Made by a program: the position numbers and the translations under genes. The notes under the pieces were generated by a model. The model was not told the DNA's origin, did not search any database, and worked only from the letters and a program-made list of their open reading frames with translations. DNA of 64,000 bases from Squalus acanthias (Eukaryota): NCBI GenBank assembly GCA_030390025.1, contig CM059432.1:92382001-92446000 (forward strand), read 5' to 3'. Position 1 is the first letter of the stretch; every line of letters begins with the position of its first letter. Of this stretch, positions 61,871-64,000 are shown in pieces.

Positions 61871-62420
61871 CAGGGCACAATTTCAAAATTTGCAGATGAC
61901 ACAAAACTTGGAAGTGTAGTGAACAGTGAGGAAGATAGTGATAGACTTCTAGAAGACATAGACAGGCTGGTGGAATGGGCGGACACATGACAGATGAAAT
62001 TTAACGCAGAAAAGTGCAAAGTGATACATTTTGATAGGAAGAACGAGGAGAGGCAATAAAAACTAAAGGGTACAATCCTAAAGGGAGTGCATGAACAGAG
62101 AGACCTGGGGGTATATGTGCACAAATCGTTGAAGGTGGCAGGGCAGATTGAGAAAGCGGTTAAAAAAGCATACAGGATCCTGGGCTTCATAAATAAAGGC
62201 ATAGAGTGCAAAAGCAAGGAAGTTATGATGAACCTTTATAAAACACTGGTTCGGCCTCAACTGGAGTATTGTCCAATTCTGGGCACCGCACTTTAGGAAG
62301 GATGTGAAGGCCTTCGAGAGGGTACAGAAAAGATGGTTCCAGGGATGAGGCACTTCAGTTATGTGGATAGACTGGAGAAGCTGGGGTTGTTCTCCTTGGA
62401 GCAGAGAAGGTTGAGAGGAA

Positions 62421-64000
62421 AAGTGATCCAACCGTGGCTAACTAAAGAAGTTAAGGATAGTATTAGATTAAAAGAAGAGGCTTATAATGTTGCGAAAATA
62501 GTAATAAGCCTGAGGATTGGGAGAGCTTTAGAAACCAGCAAAGGATGACCAAAAAATTGATAAAAAGGGGGAAAATGGAATATGAGAGTAAATTAGCAAG
62601 AAATATAAGAACAGATTGTAAGAGCTTCTACAAGTATGTAAAAAGGAAGAGAGTAGCAAAAGCAAGCATTGGTCCCTTAGAGGCTGAGACAGGGGAACTT
62701 TTATTGGGGAACAAGGAAATGGCAGTGACCTTAAATAAATATTTTGTATCTGTCTTCACAGTAGAAGACACAAAATGTATACCAAAAATAGTGGGGAATC
62801 ACGGGGTTAATGAGAGTGAGAAACTTAAAGTAATTAATATCAGTAGAGAAAAAGTACTTGGGAAACTAATGGGACTAAAAGCCGACAAATCCCCTGAACC
62901 TGATGGACTACATCCTAGGGTTCTAAAAGAGGTGGCTGCAGAGATAGTTGATGTGTTGGTTGTGATCTTCCAAAATTCCCTAGATTCTAGAAAGGTCCCA
63001 ATGGATTGGTAGGTAGATAATGTAACCCCACTATTTAGGAAAGGAGAGAGAGAGAAAACAGGGAACTACAGGCCAGTTAGCCTGACATCATTCATTGGGA
63101 AAATCCATTATTAAGGAAGTGGTATCAATTCACTTAGAAAATCATAATATGATCGGCAGAGTCAACATGGTTTTATGAAAGGGAAATTGTGTTTGACAAA
63201 TTTATTAGAGTTTTTTGAGGATGTAACTAGCAGGGTAGATAAAGGGGTACCAGTGGATGTGGTATATTTGGATTTCCAAAAGTCATTCGATAAGGGGCCA
63301 CATAAAAGGTTGTTACACAAGATAAGGGCTCATGGGATTGGAGGTAATGTATTAGCATGGATAGAGGATTGGTTAATGGACAGAAAGCAGAGAGTTGGGA
63401 TAAACAGGTCATTTTCAGATTGGCAGGCTGTAACTAGTGGGGTGCCGCTAGGATCAGTGCTTGGGCCTCAGCTATTTACAATCTATATTAATGACTTAGA
63501 TGAAGGGACAGAGTGCAATGTATCCAAGTTTGCAGATGATAGAAAGTTAGGTGAGAAAGTAAGCTATGAGGAGGACACAAAGAGCCTGCAAAGGAATGTA
63601 GACAGGTTAAGTGAGTGGGCAATAAGGTGGCAGATGGAGTATAATATGGGGAAATGTGAGGTTATTCACTTTGGTAGGCAGAATAGAAAAACAGTATATT
63701 TTGTAAATGGTGAGAAACTATTAAATGTTGGTGTTCAGAGAGATTTAGGTGTCCTCATACAGGAAACACATCAAGTTAGCATGCAGGTACAGCAAGCAAT
63801 TAGGAAGGCAAATGGCATGGGGGTTTATTGCTAGGGGGTTGGAGTACAAGAGTAAGGAAGTCTTGCTACAAATGTACGGGACTTTGGTGAGACCACACCT
63901 GGAGTACTGTGTACAGTTTTGGTCTCCTCATCTAAGGAAGGATATACTTGCCTTAGAGGCGGTTCAACAAAGGTTCACTAGACTAATCCCTGGGATGAGA
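62421..64000 (+). mobile_element. CR1 copy D, running off the window end
   Basis: ORFs 62545..63012 and 63175..63834 with CLTNLLEFFE, YLDFQK, GVPLGSVLGP and KFADD. Confidence 0.93.

Larger units (their letters stand above)
57925..62420 (+). mobile_element. CR1 copy A (57925-58443 and 61871-62420), interrupted by copies B and C
   Basis: INDLDFG|cagggcacaatttcaaaatttgcagatgac (GTISKFADD) is continuous across the gap. Confidence 0.88.

Overview
Eukaryotic, intron-rich vertebrate DNA, most likely from a shark or other chondrichthyan, judged from the repeat content: CR1, L2 and Penelope retroelements, Deu-domain SINEs and many GGG-ended inverted-repeat elements. The only host gene I can support is a + strand neural stathmin (SCG10/STMN2-STMN3 subfamily). 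Four coding exons with canonical AG/GT boundaries (25072-25167, 26623-26801, 33129-33320, 41864-41923) splice in frame to a 175-residue product, with a poly(A) signal at 42660. The short first coding exon was not identified and may lie upstream of the window. The protein mixes STMN2-, STMN3- and STMN1-like residues and could be an extra ohnolog. The rest is largely transposon-derived: two 5'-truncated Penelope copies carrying minimal hammerhead ribozyme cores (one young, with a 15-bp TSD), many PIF/Harbinger-type non-autonomous elements with 3-bp TSDs plus fossil transposase and Myb/SANT remnants, a hAT element with an 8-bp TSD, an RTE-clade remnant, and a multi-level nested SINE/MITE/CR1 stack at the right end. 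Most listed ORFs are repeat-derived or spurious. I see no evidence for a wholly new biological system. All family assignments come from recalled motifs, not database searches.
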